A stretch of DNA of 63,330 bases, filler included, from Cercozoa sp. M6MM (GCA_040357565.1; 9 parts of 9 records of this genome joined end to end with filler, not necessarily neighbours in it); one strand, 5' to 3'. Positions 14,538 to 27,074 are shown, numbered from the whole stretch's first letter. Numbers and translations are program-made. Notes: generated by a model from the sequence alone, not told the origin.

Positions 14538-15833
14538 TGTCAGCACGTGCTTTCCGAGCCGTCAGAGGTAGAACTTCACGATATTGCTGCGATAAATTTT
14601 CCCTGTCTCTGAAAGAAGCGCGCGCTTTGTCTCTGTGCTTCCAGTGCATGCAAGTGCTGTGTTAATTAGGTCTGACGGCCCCGCGTATGCGTCTTGTGGT
14701 ATCAATTTCGCCAGTCGATATCGATCAGTTCTTGCTTTTTGTGCATCCTTTCTGGTGTGTTAGGTGGCCGCGCAGAAGCGCCTGTTGAGCGTGACGGCCG
14801 CTACGGAGGCGCCCAAACGCGTCATTTCGTCGGCGTGTAGCTCTGCTTGTATGTTGTTCGGTGTGCCATCGTCTGTTGTGTAGTCCTGCAACTGGAGGAG
14901 GCTGTTGAGATCATGGATGAGGTAGTGTCGTCTTGCCTTTGGGTGTGCTTTGTGTGTACACGTGTCCACCTGGCCAGGACGAGGACTTGACGAAGTGCGC
15001 CTCCGAGTGGGTCGGTACTTGCCTCTGTCCCAATATGTCTATCTGCCTATATGTCTGTCTATTTGCCTATATTTATTGTTGTATGCTTCAGAAAAGTACG
15101 AGGAGAAGAGAGAGCGCAAGCGCGACCTGTAGATTCCATTTCCCTCTTCTGTGCCTCCCTCTCCTACCCCCTCCCGCAGTGTCAAGAGCCGTATCGAGTC
15201 CTTCTCGGACATCCTGGACGGTCTGGAGATGAATGAGTTGGAGGTAGGCTATCACACGTGCTCAGTGGCACCGTCACTGAGTGACTGTTGGGTGACACGT
15301 GAGTGACACGTGAGTGACACGTGAGTGACACGTGAGTGACACGTGAGTGACACGTGTGCAGGCGGCCAAGTGGATCAAGTCGCAGCCGCAGATGACGAAC
15401 CGTCGCCTGTCGGAACTGTCGCCGATGGCGCTGCTGCTGCCGGCCGAGTGGCTACGGGTACATATCCCCGTACAGATATCCCTGTCCACACTGTCCCGTA
15501 CACACTCGGGTCCATCTGGACACTGTATGTGTGTGCGTAGGTGCCGCACATCCCGGCGCTACTGAACCCGCCGACCACGCAGGAGGAGGCCGTCGAACAG
15601 GGCGGCGCGCGTCGTATGCCGGTACCTCTCAGCAGTGCTATGGACTCTGTGCTATGGGCTCTGTGCTATGGGATCTGTGCTATGAGCTCAATCTATGTGG
15701 GCTCATTATGGGCTCACGGCTCGTATTTCTATCGGCTCCAATGCTGCACAGTGGGAGGCCAATCCGATCCTCAAGTTCGGTCTGTCTGGAACGGCGCTCG
15801 ACGAGGTGGAACGCGCGCTCCGCATGCCTCTGG
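14538..15833 (+). CDS. Hypothetical multi-exon protein with an Arg/Ala-rich, presequence-like N-terminus; 3' truncated
   Basis: MSARAFRAVR|VAAQKRLLSVTAATEAPKR...; later exons AAKWIKSQPQMTNRRLSELSPM and WEANPILKFGLSGTALDEVERALRMPL. Confidence 0.45.
15292..15356. repeat. Intronic 11-bp tandem repeat (GTGACACGTGA), about 6 copies
   Basis: Perfect units running up to the 3' splice site. Confidence 0.95.
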
Positions 15834-15941
15834 TATACTTTNNNNNNNNNNNNNNNNNNNNNNNNNNNNNNNNNNNNNNNNNNNNTTAATTAATTAANNN
15901 NNNNNNNNNNNNNNNNNNNNNNNNNNNNNNNNNNNNNNNNN

Positions 15942-15987
<46 letters not shown>

Positions 15988-15995
15988 AACCCCAG

Positions 15996-18179
15996 GCATG
16001 GCGGGCTTGGTGACACGGCTGTCACGTGCCTTCGTGGAGAAGGGCGGCGACGTGGCAGGACCGCTGGTGCTGGCCGCTCTGTTCGAGGACGGCGTGCTGC
16101 ACGACATCGCCGCCGACTACACGAGCGGCAATGCTGTCGCGCTGGCCGGCGAAGTGCTGCGCATCCTGTCGCACGTGTTCCACCGCGTGTACGTTGGGAC
16201 CCTACCCCTACCCCTGACCTACCCCTACCCCTACCCTACCCCTGGCCTACCCTACCCCCACCCACGCCTGCAGGCCTCTGCCGGCGTCGGAGCTTCTGCC
16301 GTCGGTGTCGCGCGATGTCATGGGCTCGGTGGTGCTGCCGGCGCTGTCGGAACTCTCGCCGCGTGCTGAGGCTGTGCTCAAGCGCTACAATGAGCAGGTA
16401 GTGCATTCACAACTCACATCCATACATCACACCTTTCTTACTCTATACCTTTCTTACCCCATAGCTTTCTTACCCCATAGCTTTCTTACCCCATAGCTTT
16501 CTTACCCTATACCTTTCTTACCCCATACCTTTCTTACTCCATACCTTATCCCATACCTTACTACCCCATAGCTTTCTTACTCCATAGCTTTCTTACCCCA
16601 TACCTTTCGTGCCTCCGCGTAGGTGCTGGAGCTGACGACGCAGTTCGCCGTGGCGGGCAAGCGCGTAGCCGACCTGCAGCAGCGACGCGGGTGCACGCAG
16701 CTGCCGCTGTCGCAGCGCGTCGTGTCGCACGAGTCGGATGAGGCCGCCGATGCTACGGCACTGCCCTGTCTCAAGGTATCTCAGCATACTTTATAATACC
16801 TATGTATAGTGTCGGTATGTAGGTATTTGTATTTTATGCTTATGTATCTTACCATGTGTCTAGTTTATGTATCTATGTGTATCTGTGTGTATGTGTATAT
16901 AGGTATGTATGTATGCGAATGTATCTATGTGTATGTCGGACAGGACACCAGTGTCGCACGCAGCGCCCTGTCCTCCAACGGCCTGCCGACCGGCGATTTC
17001 TCCGTCGACGGCTTCGGCAGCGCGCGGCAGCTGCTGGACGCTCTGGACACACAGGCCGCCTCGGCCTGGCTCAACCGGTAGGCCCTGCCGGGATGTGTGG
17101 CGTACGGAGGGGGTAAATCAACTATGCGCGTGTGTATGTGTGTGTGTGCAGTCTCAACGTGCCGGTGCTGGAGTCGGTCGACGTGACGCAGCGCGCGCTG
17201 CGACTCAACGCGTACGTGCTCGACTTCTGGCAGCACGGACGCTTCACGGCGCTGCAAACTGAGAATGGTAGCAATGTTGTGTATGTATGTATGTATGGAT
17301 GTATACCTGAGAATGGTAGCAATGTTGTGTATGTATGTATCCTACTTTATGTGTAGAGATATTAATGTGTAGATATTTTTGATATATATATATATATATA
17401 TATATGACTTAACGTAGATGGATATAGAAAGATATATATATATAGATAGATAGATAGATATAGATATAGATAGATAGATTATGTTTCCGTGTCCATTGCA
17501 TGTAACCAACAGTAACTGTGCATGACATGTGATGTGATGTGATGCGATTGCCGCAGGCCTGACGGACGTGCGTGCGTGGTCGCTGCTGAAGCAGTGGCAG
17601 CTGACGCTGTCGGCCATCAACACGGCACTGAAGCGTCTGCACGGCATCGACCTGTCGCAGGACAACGCCGACCTGGAGAAGCTGCGCGCCATTCGGCGCA
17701 AGCGACTGCGCTTCGTGCGACGCGGCGCCGTGATCGCCAAGACGGAGGAGAAGCAGCAGAAGGAGGCCGACCCGACGGCCGCGTGGCCCAAGATCGTGCG
17801 TCTGTTCAACTTCCTGGACCGCGCCTTTACCGACAAGTTCCGCGGCACCTTCACGGCCGCCGGCGGTGGCACGCAGGACATTGTCGAGTCCGCCGTCGGC
17901 GCCGACGAGAGCGACAGCGAGGACGAGGCCGCCGACAGCGCCGCCGCCGACCAGGACGAGCAGCAGCCGCCGCAGTCTGAGGCCTCCTCTGTCAGTCAGG
18001 TACTCTCGCTTGTATACTTGTCTGTGTATGCACGTGTGTATGCGTGTCTGTGTCTATGTATGCGTGTCTGTGTCTATGTATGCGTGTCTGTGTTGCTTGC
18101 TGCGCAGTCCTCTGCCGGCAGCAGCTCGGGTGCCTCGGGCGCCGCTGGCGGTATGACCTGGCGCCGTCTGCGCAAGTAG
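15996..18179 (+). CDS. DDX60: DDX60-like Ski2-family RNA helicase, C-terminal part
   Basis: AGLVTRL...GVLHDI, LRILSHVF, YNEQ...QLPLS and LNAYVLDFWQHGRFTALQTEN|GLTDVRAWSLLKQWQLTLSAINTAL parallel the DDX60 C-terminus (NAYALDFFKHG...AYYLLKDFALTIKSISVSL). Confidence 0.75.
16432..16607. repeat. Intronic ~16-bp minisatellite (CTTTCTTACCCCATAG/C), about 11 copies
   Basis: Visible tandem units in a DDX60 intron. Confidence 0.93.
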
Positions 18180-18264
18180 AGGCATCGCGACCCTGACTGA
18201 CTCCTGTCCCATTCGCTTGTTTGGGTCACACGCGTCGAAGGAGAGAATTTAATCTAAGGCACTT

Positions 18265-19050
18265 AGTTAGTTAGTTGAGTCTTCTAGGAAACCTAGTATG
18301 TAGTTCCCCTGCACCAGTCTGGGGCGTGTCGCAAGAGCATGGCCGTGTCTACCGCCCACTTGGGGTAGGTCCCCTCTTGACGTTCCCCAGATACCGAAGT
18401 TGACTCCATGGTTGGCACAGGTAGCGGGCTCGCAGGCGGCGTCGGGTCGTCCCGTCGTCGTTCTCCCGTCTCTCCACTCGATAACTAAACAAAACAAACA
18501 AACGGACATAGACTATGAGTGGTGGGCTAGTCTATGTTGGACCTCTTGGTGCAAACAAGGCTGATTGTCTGTGTTGCTAGGTTCTCAGGGCTGGCCAGTA
18601 TGTCTTCAATTGTGCGCCATTGAGCTGCATTGGTTGTTTCTGATAGCTTCCGTGACCTTTCATTCCAGCAATCGGTGGTACGTGTCGAGGGTGTCTTCTG
18701 CATTTTCCCCAGGTACCCGCGCAGTCGGGGCACTCGCATACTTCGCGTTTTTGTAGTCGTTGTTTGCATCCCTTGCAGTTGGGAGTCCTGAGTCTGCCTC
18801 TGGCATTGCATTCATTGCACTTTTGCGGTATTTAGGCATAGTTGTAGTACTTGAATCTTCCAAGTCTGTTGCAAATCGAAGGCACTTTCGTCATCCCCGA
18901 CCGTCTTTCGTTAAGGTTTGTACCGTACTCTGCGAACTAGGTGCCGGATCCGCGCGAAGCCGCTTTAGGACTTGCAAAATACCTCAAGCAAAGAAGTGTG
19001 GGGTACCCGGGAGAGACTGTACAAAGACAGCGTCCTACCGACCCATCGCG
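18265..19050 (-). mobile_element. Degenerate dispersed repeat, copy A (probable non-LTR retroelement remnant ending in (AACT)n)
   Basis: The reverse complement shares blocks with 20880-21390 (ctgcaagggatgcaaacaacgac; acgacccgacgccgcctgcga; aagtgggc.gtagacac..ccatgctcttg; ggtttcctagaagactcaactaactaa). 5' boundary approximate. Confidence 0.55.
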
Positions 19051-19136
19051 TGCCGTACCTCTCATTAAGTATCAGGTTTGTGTGTTTTGAGTGCAGTGGT
19101 ACTTCAGAGAAAAATTTGTGGCTTTGATTTAAAACT

Positions 19137-19141
<5 letters not shown>

Positions 19142-19219
<78 letters not shown>
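19142..19219. repeat. (AG)n microsatellite
   Basis: Perfect AG run of about 78 bp. Confidence 0.98.
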
Positions 19220-19221
<2 letters not shown>

Positions 19222-20123
19222 ACATGAGTCCAATGTGGCCCTCGTCGTCCTCGTCATCGATACCGTCAGTGTCTGCTCCCCCNNNNNNNNNNNNNNNNNN
19301 NNNNNNNNNNNNNNNNNNNNNNNNNNNNNNNNNNNNNNNNNNNNNNNNNNNNNNNNNNNNNNNNNNNNNNNNNNNNNNNNNNACCGTCGTGAAACACGAG
19401 ATGAAAAAGATACTCGCGAAGCGCACCTATTTAGTGGGGTGGTCAGACAAGTAGAGGCATACGCGGAGGAGGGAGGGGAGAAAGACTACAATCTGCGCGA
19501 ATGCAACAGCGTCCCACACGAACTGTGACGTCGCGTGGGACACAACCGAGAGTGTAAAATAGTCCTCGAGAAACGGGTTCGAGTAGTAAGTTTATATCGA
19601 TTAAATATGGAGCTCACACAAAGAGCGAGCCAACGACGCTTCTGGCCCAGCGCTTCCACGACGGCACTTGCTTACCGACTACCAGCGCATTCGCTCCAAC
19701 TCTCTTCGTTTTTGCTCTAAGTACAGTAATTTTCGCACACTGTGCACGTTTCTCTTGAGATGTGCCTTAACTTAAATTTATACTTCGTGCGATTCCATCA
19801 GGTTTCTGGGTGCCTGGTGTGCTTCATTCACTACACATGAGACGTTGTAACTTTTCGACGATAGGAATTTCCCTAACTAACTTAAGAACAAGAAAAACCG
19901 ACCCCTTTCCGGATTCGCGTGCCCATTTTGGACTACCATAGTGAAGGGGGTGGACTTCCGACATGTTAAAACTCTTTTCCTTGTGCAGTACCAGCGCTGG
20001 ACTGTCTCCTGTTTACCGTACCAAGTACTACCAGCACTGTAATTAGTTCGCTGCTGCTGCGGGCGATTTGCGGCCCAACTTGTCTTTTACGTGTTCCATT
20101 GTGCTTTTACCGGCTGTTCCAGA

Positions 20124-20614
20124 ATGTCCAGACAAACCTACGCGTCGACTTTTGCAGAAAACGGACTTAGGGATGTAAGCAATGCGCTGGTGCAATCTGC
20201 CGCCATCCGTGATACCGGACTCGAAAAGGGTGTGTCCCGCCTCCGGTCATACCGGGCATACTGCGTACAATACTCGTATTTGTTGTATTCGCAGGTCTCA
20301 GGAGTCTCGGTGAAAGCTTGCGAGCCGCCATTCACGATGCCTCTGCAAACACTCGAGCTGCCGTTCACGAAGGCTCCGTTAACTCTCGAGCTGCCGTTCA
20401 CGAAGGCTCTACTGCCTTTAGCGACTCCGTCTCCAAGATAGTGGCGGGCGCAATTGTCATCGCCTTGATTTGGGGCGCATGTAAGTCCTTTCCTTGGCTT
20501 AATCGTGTTGAGTTGGCTGGCAAGAACATTATTCCAGTGGTTTGTCCTGCAGGCAAGTGCTACGAGATCAAATCTCGTCAAAACCGGCGGTCGCCACCGG
20601 AAGACCGAAATTAA
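20124..20614 (+). CDS. Small (~117 aa) protein with 11-aa repeats and a C-terminal transmembrane segment; 2 introns
   Basis: MSRQTYAST...GLEK|GLRSLGESLRAAIHDASANTRAAVHEGSVNSRAAVHEGSTAFSDSVSKIVAGAIVIALIWGA|CKCYEIKSRQNRRSPPEDRN*; GT-AG introns keep the frame; 33-bp DNA repeat. Confidence 0.6.
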
Positions 20615-20634
20615 ATGGTGCAGGGAACGGCTTG

Positions 20635-21390
20635 GTTTGTTTCCTATAAGACTCAACTAACTACTGCACAGCTCCACTAAAGCGAAGGTAAAAATAGTTG
20701 CTTCGCGACAGTGCTCGGGTTAGTCGAAACCGGTTCTCGAGGATTTTCGTTTCACGGCTTCGTGGACAGGGTCGATATGGAAGACATGAAGGAACTGTCA
20801 AAGGACGGCCGAGCCAGAGCTCTACAGAAGACACATCAGACACCCATGGAAACATCAAAAACTCAAACTAAATTTACCACTGCTTGGGATAGCCAAAGAC
20901 TGCAAGGGATGCAAACAACGACGGAACGACCCGACGCCGCCTGCGACGCCTTCTACTTGTAGCCCGCTACCTGCACCAACCACGAAGTCGACTTCGGTGT
21001 CAGGGGAACATCAGGTTCGGTAAGTCTTCTAAAAATGTTGAAGCTTGGCGACACGAAGCCGTCAAACGTGCGCCATTGGGTACGAGGTCGTTCACAAAAC
21101 GTCCGCGCAGACTCCCTTCGCGCCAACATTCGCCCGGCTGCAGTCTCAGTCCTGGTTGGCGTCCAGCGACCCTCGCGTCAAAGTCTCGGGCGTCACACAG
21201 GCAGACTGAGGTCGACAGCGACGATCGATACGTCATGGTTGCTACAGGATCGCGGAGACGACGACGACGGCAGTCGAGTCCGGGGAACGTCAAAAGGGAT
21301 GGTCCTACCCTAAGTGGGCAGTAGACACAACCATGCTCTTGTGACCCACCCCAGACTTGGTTTCCTAGAAGACTCAACTAACTAAACTAT
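20635..21390 (+). mobile_element. Degenerate dispersed repeat, copy B (plus an extra 3'-end fragment at about 20635-20662)
   Basis: Homologous blocks to copies at 18265-19050 (-) and about 32940-33150 (+); ends tttcctagaagactcaactaactaaact. Confidence 0.55.
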
Positions 21391-21399
21391 CGCAGTCAG

Positions 21400-23143
21400 T
21401 CACGGCGCCAGATGCGCGGACGGGAACGACGTGCTTCCTGGATGGTCTGTGTGAACTGCGGGGGGAGGGGGGACAACACAGGACAGTTCAGATAGACTCT
21501 GTATGTGGCCACACTCGAAGCGAAACTCTACCGCATCGACGCCGCACAGTGTGTTGGTGCAGCGACGCAAGCACTCGGCGCGACCTTGCTCGTTCGCTTC
21601 TCTGAATGTATACATATATGTATACATCTATACATATATAATGCAATAGATGCATATATAGAAGTTGTAACCCAGACACAAAAGTACCGATTCTCAGAGA
21701 TTTGGGCGAGAATCGGACCGCGTTCTTCCAGGAAGCGGCGTCTCTGCCTTTCGTTCTGACACACACAAGGTAAGGACAAGGCAAAGGGTAAATGGTAAAG
21801 GTTAAAGGTAAGAGCAAGCGTAACGGGTAAAGGTAAGAGCAAGGGTAAAGAGTAAAGAAGGGCAAGGGCACAGGGCAAGGGAGGAAAGCTAGAGTGGTAC
21901 AAAGTAAGCTCGCGGCTCGTCACGAAAGAACTCGTGTAGCGACACCGACTTGCAAGGCGAGCCACACTCGAAGCAGTAGTCGCCAACCTCGGCTAGCGGC
22001 GTGCGCAAATCGAGTGCTAGACGGGGGGTATGGGATAAAAGGTAGGAGGGTAAAACAACAGACTAAAGTACCGCAGTCAATGGCATTGAAAAAATCCAAT
22101 CCGGTGCAGTTGCTTCGAGTGATACAAATCACTGTCGGTACTTTCTCTACACAGGTGAGGATTAAAGGGGTGGATAGGGAGGGGGTAATATCCCAAAGTA
22201 CTAGGGAACACGAGCGGAAATCCTCGCTGCAGAGGCAGGCGATACATGTGCTGCAACGCCTTGATCACCTCGTCCGGCAGTCGCGTTGTCACCAGTACCT
22301 CCTGCAAAAACACACACACACACACTCAAGCGCATAGTACCTTTGAACAACCTGGTCGTGGTACTGACTGCAGGCAGTGAAGCAAGCAAGAGTACCGCTT
22401 GCACCGAGGCACGTCGAACCGCGTTGATCAAGTTTTTGTTCCGCATGCCCCAGTCGACATTCTTCAACGCCGACTGAGGGATCATAGGGGGGGGGGGGGG
22501 GATGAAGGGACCTACGTGGATGGGGTAAGGAGGGAAGGCACCTCCTTGCAGTTGAACGAGGTGACAGAGCGAAGGCCGAATGTGTTGCAGTTCTTGCGCA
22601 GTGCCTCCAGTAGCGAAGCCTGGTTTTGCACGTGCACAACGTCCGTGTCCACCTGTACGGTACAGTCAGTCCGTCCAAAACACTGTCCTAGTCCTAATCT
22701 ACTGGTACAAATGTACAGACGTCGTACCAGCAGGTTGATGTGCTGCGTGCGTTTGATGCGCGTGAGTGCAGCGCCGTCGCAGCGCGCCTGTTCCAGTTTG
22801 ACGTAGCTGGGCGCAATGTCGACGCACCCGGGCTGCTCGGTGAAGATCGAAAACACCTGCAGTGCCAGCTGCTTTTTCACCTGAGCATTTTCAGCACACA
22901 CATAGACATATAAAGAAATAAAGAAATAAATAAATGTATGTATATATATATATATATATATCACACGTACACATATAAAGAAATAAATAAATATACATAT
23001 ATATATATATACATTATATCTATATCTAAAATATATATTAAAATATAATATATGTATCTAAAATATATATATATATACCTATACCTATATCTATATATCT
23101 GCAATATAAACACCAAGTATTCAAACAAGACAAAGCTCAAGTA

Positions 23144-23191
<48 letters not shown>

Positions 23192-23201
23192 NNNNNNNNN
23201 N

Positions 23202-23249
<48 letters not shown>

Positions 23250-24724
23250 GCAAAGAGTCGCAGGATGCGCGAGGGCCGCTCCAGGCGCGAAACGACGATG
23301 CGCTGCCACAGCACGCGGCGCACCTGCTCGGCCGCCTCGCCCGCCGGCACGCGCAGAGTCACGCTCACCGGCGGCGACGCTTGTCGCAACCAACTCAGCA
23401 GCACCTTGGCGAAGGGAACCATGTCTGTACTGCACAGACATTATATACACTATACTTATTGTACATTATACATATATATATATATATATACATATGTGTA
23501 TACATTTCGCGAATCCTGCGCATGGCAGAGAAGAACTCGCGTGACTGCTCGTCCAGACAGTCGAGAAGAAGCGTCGCAACGGCGCGATCGGCGAGGTCGT
23601 TGGTCCCCTCGTCTTCTTCAACACATTCGCCTTCTTCGACTCGGCCCTCCGCAGGCATACCTGCTAACACAGTCCAAATATACACACACATGTATATATT
23701 AATATCTTCAAATATATAAATATATACGTGTTTGTGTTATTATATATATGGAGGGAAAGATAAAGAGAGAGAAGGTGATACGGAAGCCAAACAGTAGCTC
23801 GCGCACACTGCAGGGATAGTGTGTCGGCATAAGCCACTTTCGCTGCACACGAAAAGAATCTTGCAGCAGACAACACGAGAAAAAAGCCCGAGAGAAGAGA
23901 GGCACGATGATGATGCGAAAGTCGTGGCACGTCTCGTCCCAGTTCTCGTGGTACTGCATTATGTATACATACATATATATATATATATTTATAAACATAC
24001 ATATATATATATATATATAAATATCTAGATATATATATATATATATATATAAATATCTAGATATATATTTATACAAATATACATACACACACACACACAC
24101 ACACCAACTTCGCGTCTTCGTCGGCGACGTCGTTCACTGATGTCGAAGGCAGTCCGAGTGCTGCGGCCAACTCGCGAGCCTGCCCGATGTAACACCACCT
24201 GCAACACCCGCGCGCAAGCATGCAAGCTGCTCACCGTGGCACGTGTGCAGTCGGTCGCATCGCGAGCGGCTTCGTCGTGCAGCAAGGCCAAGACAAACTG
24301 GCCTGCATGAGTGCATACTCAATACACACCAACATAGGCAACACACAGAAGCACAGCAACAATGACACGCACCGAGCAGCGAATCTTCGACACAAAGTTC
24401 CTTGATTTCGTAATGCAGTTCGCACACCTGCACAAGCACACAAACACACAAGCACACAGCTTTCAGTTTTTCTTGTGTCTGTGTTGGCGGAAAAAGTCGT
24501 TTACTTGCTTGAGGAACTCGTCGAGCATGCTACGGTAGTGCTCCAGCAGCTCCTCCAGTGACCGAGGTACCTGTACACGCCCGACTTTTCTCCAGTGGCC
24601 CAAGTACCTTTATTAGCGAATACACAAGTAAGCAAACCTTATGACACAGCTCTGTAGCCAGAAGCTGCTCCAGATTACGTCGCTTTCGACCTTGGTTTTT
24701 CTTATTTCTCTTGTTTCGAGCCAT
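21400..24724 (-). CDS. Hypothetical multi-exon protein
   Basis: Starts MARNKRNKKNQGRKRRNLEQLL; many GT-AG-bounded exons (e.g. VKKQLALQVFSIFTEQPGCVDIAPSYVKLE); no family recognised. Confidence 0.5.
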
Positions 24725-25824
24725 TTTTTAATTGTTGCACCACGAATCCGCTAGGAAGCGTGAAACAAAGTTAACGCTGCAAATACACGCACCTGCGCCC
24801 TGACAATTGCGTTTTGAGTTCCAAAAATTTCCAAATGACCCTGAAAGAGCGCCGGTTTCAAAACCAAATAATCAAATTGACGGGTCTGGAGGCTCGAAGA
24901 ACTGACTGGTATCATATGCATCGCAACGAAACAACCACAGCTGACAGGAGACGGCAGAAAGTGGAATCAAAATGAACAAAGACCACTAGGAACTGTACTC
25001 TACAATTGCTGGTATCGGAACGTGCGCGGTCCTGAAGGAGCCTATTTTGTGGTTGCCGGTGTCAAGTAAGATAGGACTGCAGATACTTTGCATTTACCTG
25101 TTGATGCAGCAACTTTGCGATGGCGCGTCGCATCGCCTGACGTAGCTGCTCGGCCTTTGGGTTCACATGCACGTTATGACAAGAAAGCGAGCCAACTGAC
25201 GGTTGCATACACAATGTACTTTCCCTTCTTGCCCCTGCACTCGTACTATTCCTGCCATCCTACGATGATTGAGCACACGTTCGCATCGAAGTACGAACTA
25301 TCGTCAGAAATAACCTGTCAACCCGCGTATTTGTCGGATTAAGCCGTAGTTCAACGAAAAGAATGGTCGGGTCATTGTCCGCGCGGAGAAGTTATAGATA
25401 CCTCCCCCTGTTGAGTGTTGGTGCTGTTGTTGGGATACCAGGCGACGCTCGTCAAAACTGAAACTGAAGCAGTCCATCACACAGCCAGCTGCTCCACAGC
25501 GACACTTGGGCCTTTTTGGCTTGATAGCTTAATTGCTGCCCTCGTTATTAACCACAACGACAACCTACAACACGGAAAAAAACTCAGCAGAAACCTATCG
25601 CATCATCAACGCAACGCGGAAAACAACGGCAATGCTATGATGCCTTAGAGAACATTTAAGCACTCTTGAAACGCTTAAGTTTGTGTTAGCTCATCTAGAC
25701 GGTCTTCCAAAACTAAAACAAGCAACCTCTGCAGTGGAATCTGTGAGTGGAGCGCCGGTGACTCTGCTTGATACAAAACCACTCCTCTCTCACACCAACT
25801 TTTGTTCGGACAACTTTTCTCACC

Positions 25825-27074
25825 ATGGTAAACATGCTGTGACGCTATTCACCCGCTCTTGTGGGCATGCTCGGGATTTTGCGTGTTTGCGCGTTTTTTG
25901 TGTTGCGCCCGGTTTGTGCCACCACTGTGCCCAGCACTCGGTCATGTGGCGCAGCCGGTGCGCGCACACTGTTTTGGCGTTTGCTGATAGTGTGCTACGG
26001 TTGGTGTTATGGTTGGTGTTGTCGCTTGGTAGGCTATCAAGCAGGGCAAGCGCAAGGGCAAGAAGGGAAAGCAGGTCAAGAAGGACCGCTTCCTGTCGAA
26101 GGAGCTGGCGCACGTGAAGGCGCCGAACCTGTTCGCCAACCGCAACGTTGGCATCACGGTGGCCAACCGCTCGAAGGGTAACTACGTCATGGCCGACGCT
26201 CTGAAGGGCCGCTTCGTCGAGGTGTCTCTGGGCGACCTCAACGACGCCTCTGGCATGGGCATGGGCGCCGACCCGTTCCGCATGTTCCGCCTCAAGATCG
26301 AGGAGGTGCAGGGCAAGGAGTGCCTCACGAACTTCGCTGGCATGCGTCTGACGCGTGACAAGCTGTGCTCGCTCATCAAGAAGTGGCGCTCGACCATCGA
26401 GGCCTACGTTGATGTCAAGGTACCTAGCCTTGCCTTGTCTGTGCTCGGTGTGTGTGGGCGTGTGTGGAGAGTCAACATGATGACCATTACTTGTGTCCGT
26501 GTTATTGAAAAACTATGAAAACAACTATACAAGTTCTGACTTGACTAATCCACTTGCTCATCTCTTTGAGAGACAGTGTGTGTGTTGGATGCTCTCTCTG
26601 ATGTGTGCCTGTGTCTAGACTGCCGACGGCTACGTGCTGCGCGTGTTCACGATCGGCTTCACGGCTCGTGCCAAGGGCCAGAAGCGTCTGACGTCGTACG
26701 CCAACGCCAACCAGATCAAGGCCGTGCGTGCGCGCATGATTGCCGCCGTGCAGAAGGAGGTCGAGGGCCTCGAGCTCAAGGACTTCGTCAAGAAGCTCAT
26801 CCCGGACTCGATCTCGCAGCAGATCAAGAAGTCGTGCCACTACACGGCCTTCCCGCTCACGGAGGTCTACGTGCGCAAGGTCAAGGTCGTGCGTGCGCCC
26901 AAGGTCGACGTCAACAAGCTCATGGACCTGCACACGGGCAAGGCCGCCGAGTCGCGTCTGCAGAAGCGCCGCGAGCGTCGCATGGCTGATGACGAGGTCG
27001 CCGAGGAGGTCGCTGCCGACGAGCAGGTTGCCGTCGAGGAGACCGAGGAGGTCGACGCCGCCGAGGCCGAGTAG
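25825..27074 (+). CDS. RPS3A: 40S ribosomal protein S3a / eS1 (exons 25825-25827, 26033-26419, 26619-27074)
   Basis: M|AIKQGKRKGKKG...VKAPNLF...LKGRFVEVSLGDL...CLTNFAGMRLTRDKLCSLIKKWRSTIEAYVDVK|TADGYVLRVFTIGFT...VYVRKVKVVRAPK; strong C/G third-position bias. Confidence 0.98.
26470..26546 (+). ncRNA. Intronic box C/D snoRNA, U18/SNORD18/snR18-like
   Basis: Terminal stem AGTCAA (26470-75)/TTGACT (26541-46), box C ATGATGA (26477-83), guide GTCCGTGTT (26495-503) before D' TTGA (26505-08), box D CTGA (26536-39). The guide is antisense to the conserved LSU rRNA sequence AACACGGAC. Confidence 0.85.

Noticed and set aside
25782-25791. 5'TOP/TCT-like pyrimidine tract upstream of RPS3A
   Set aside because: Plausible, but it cannot be supported without a mapped transcription start.
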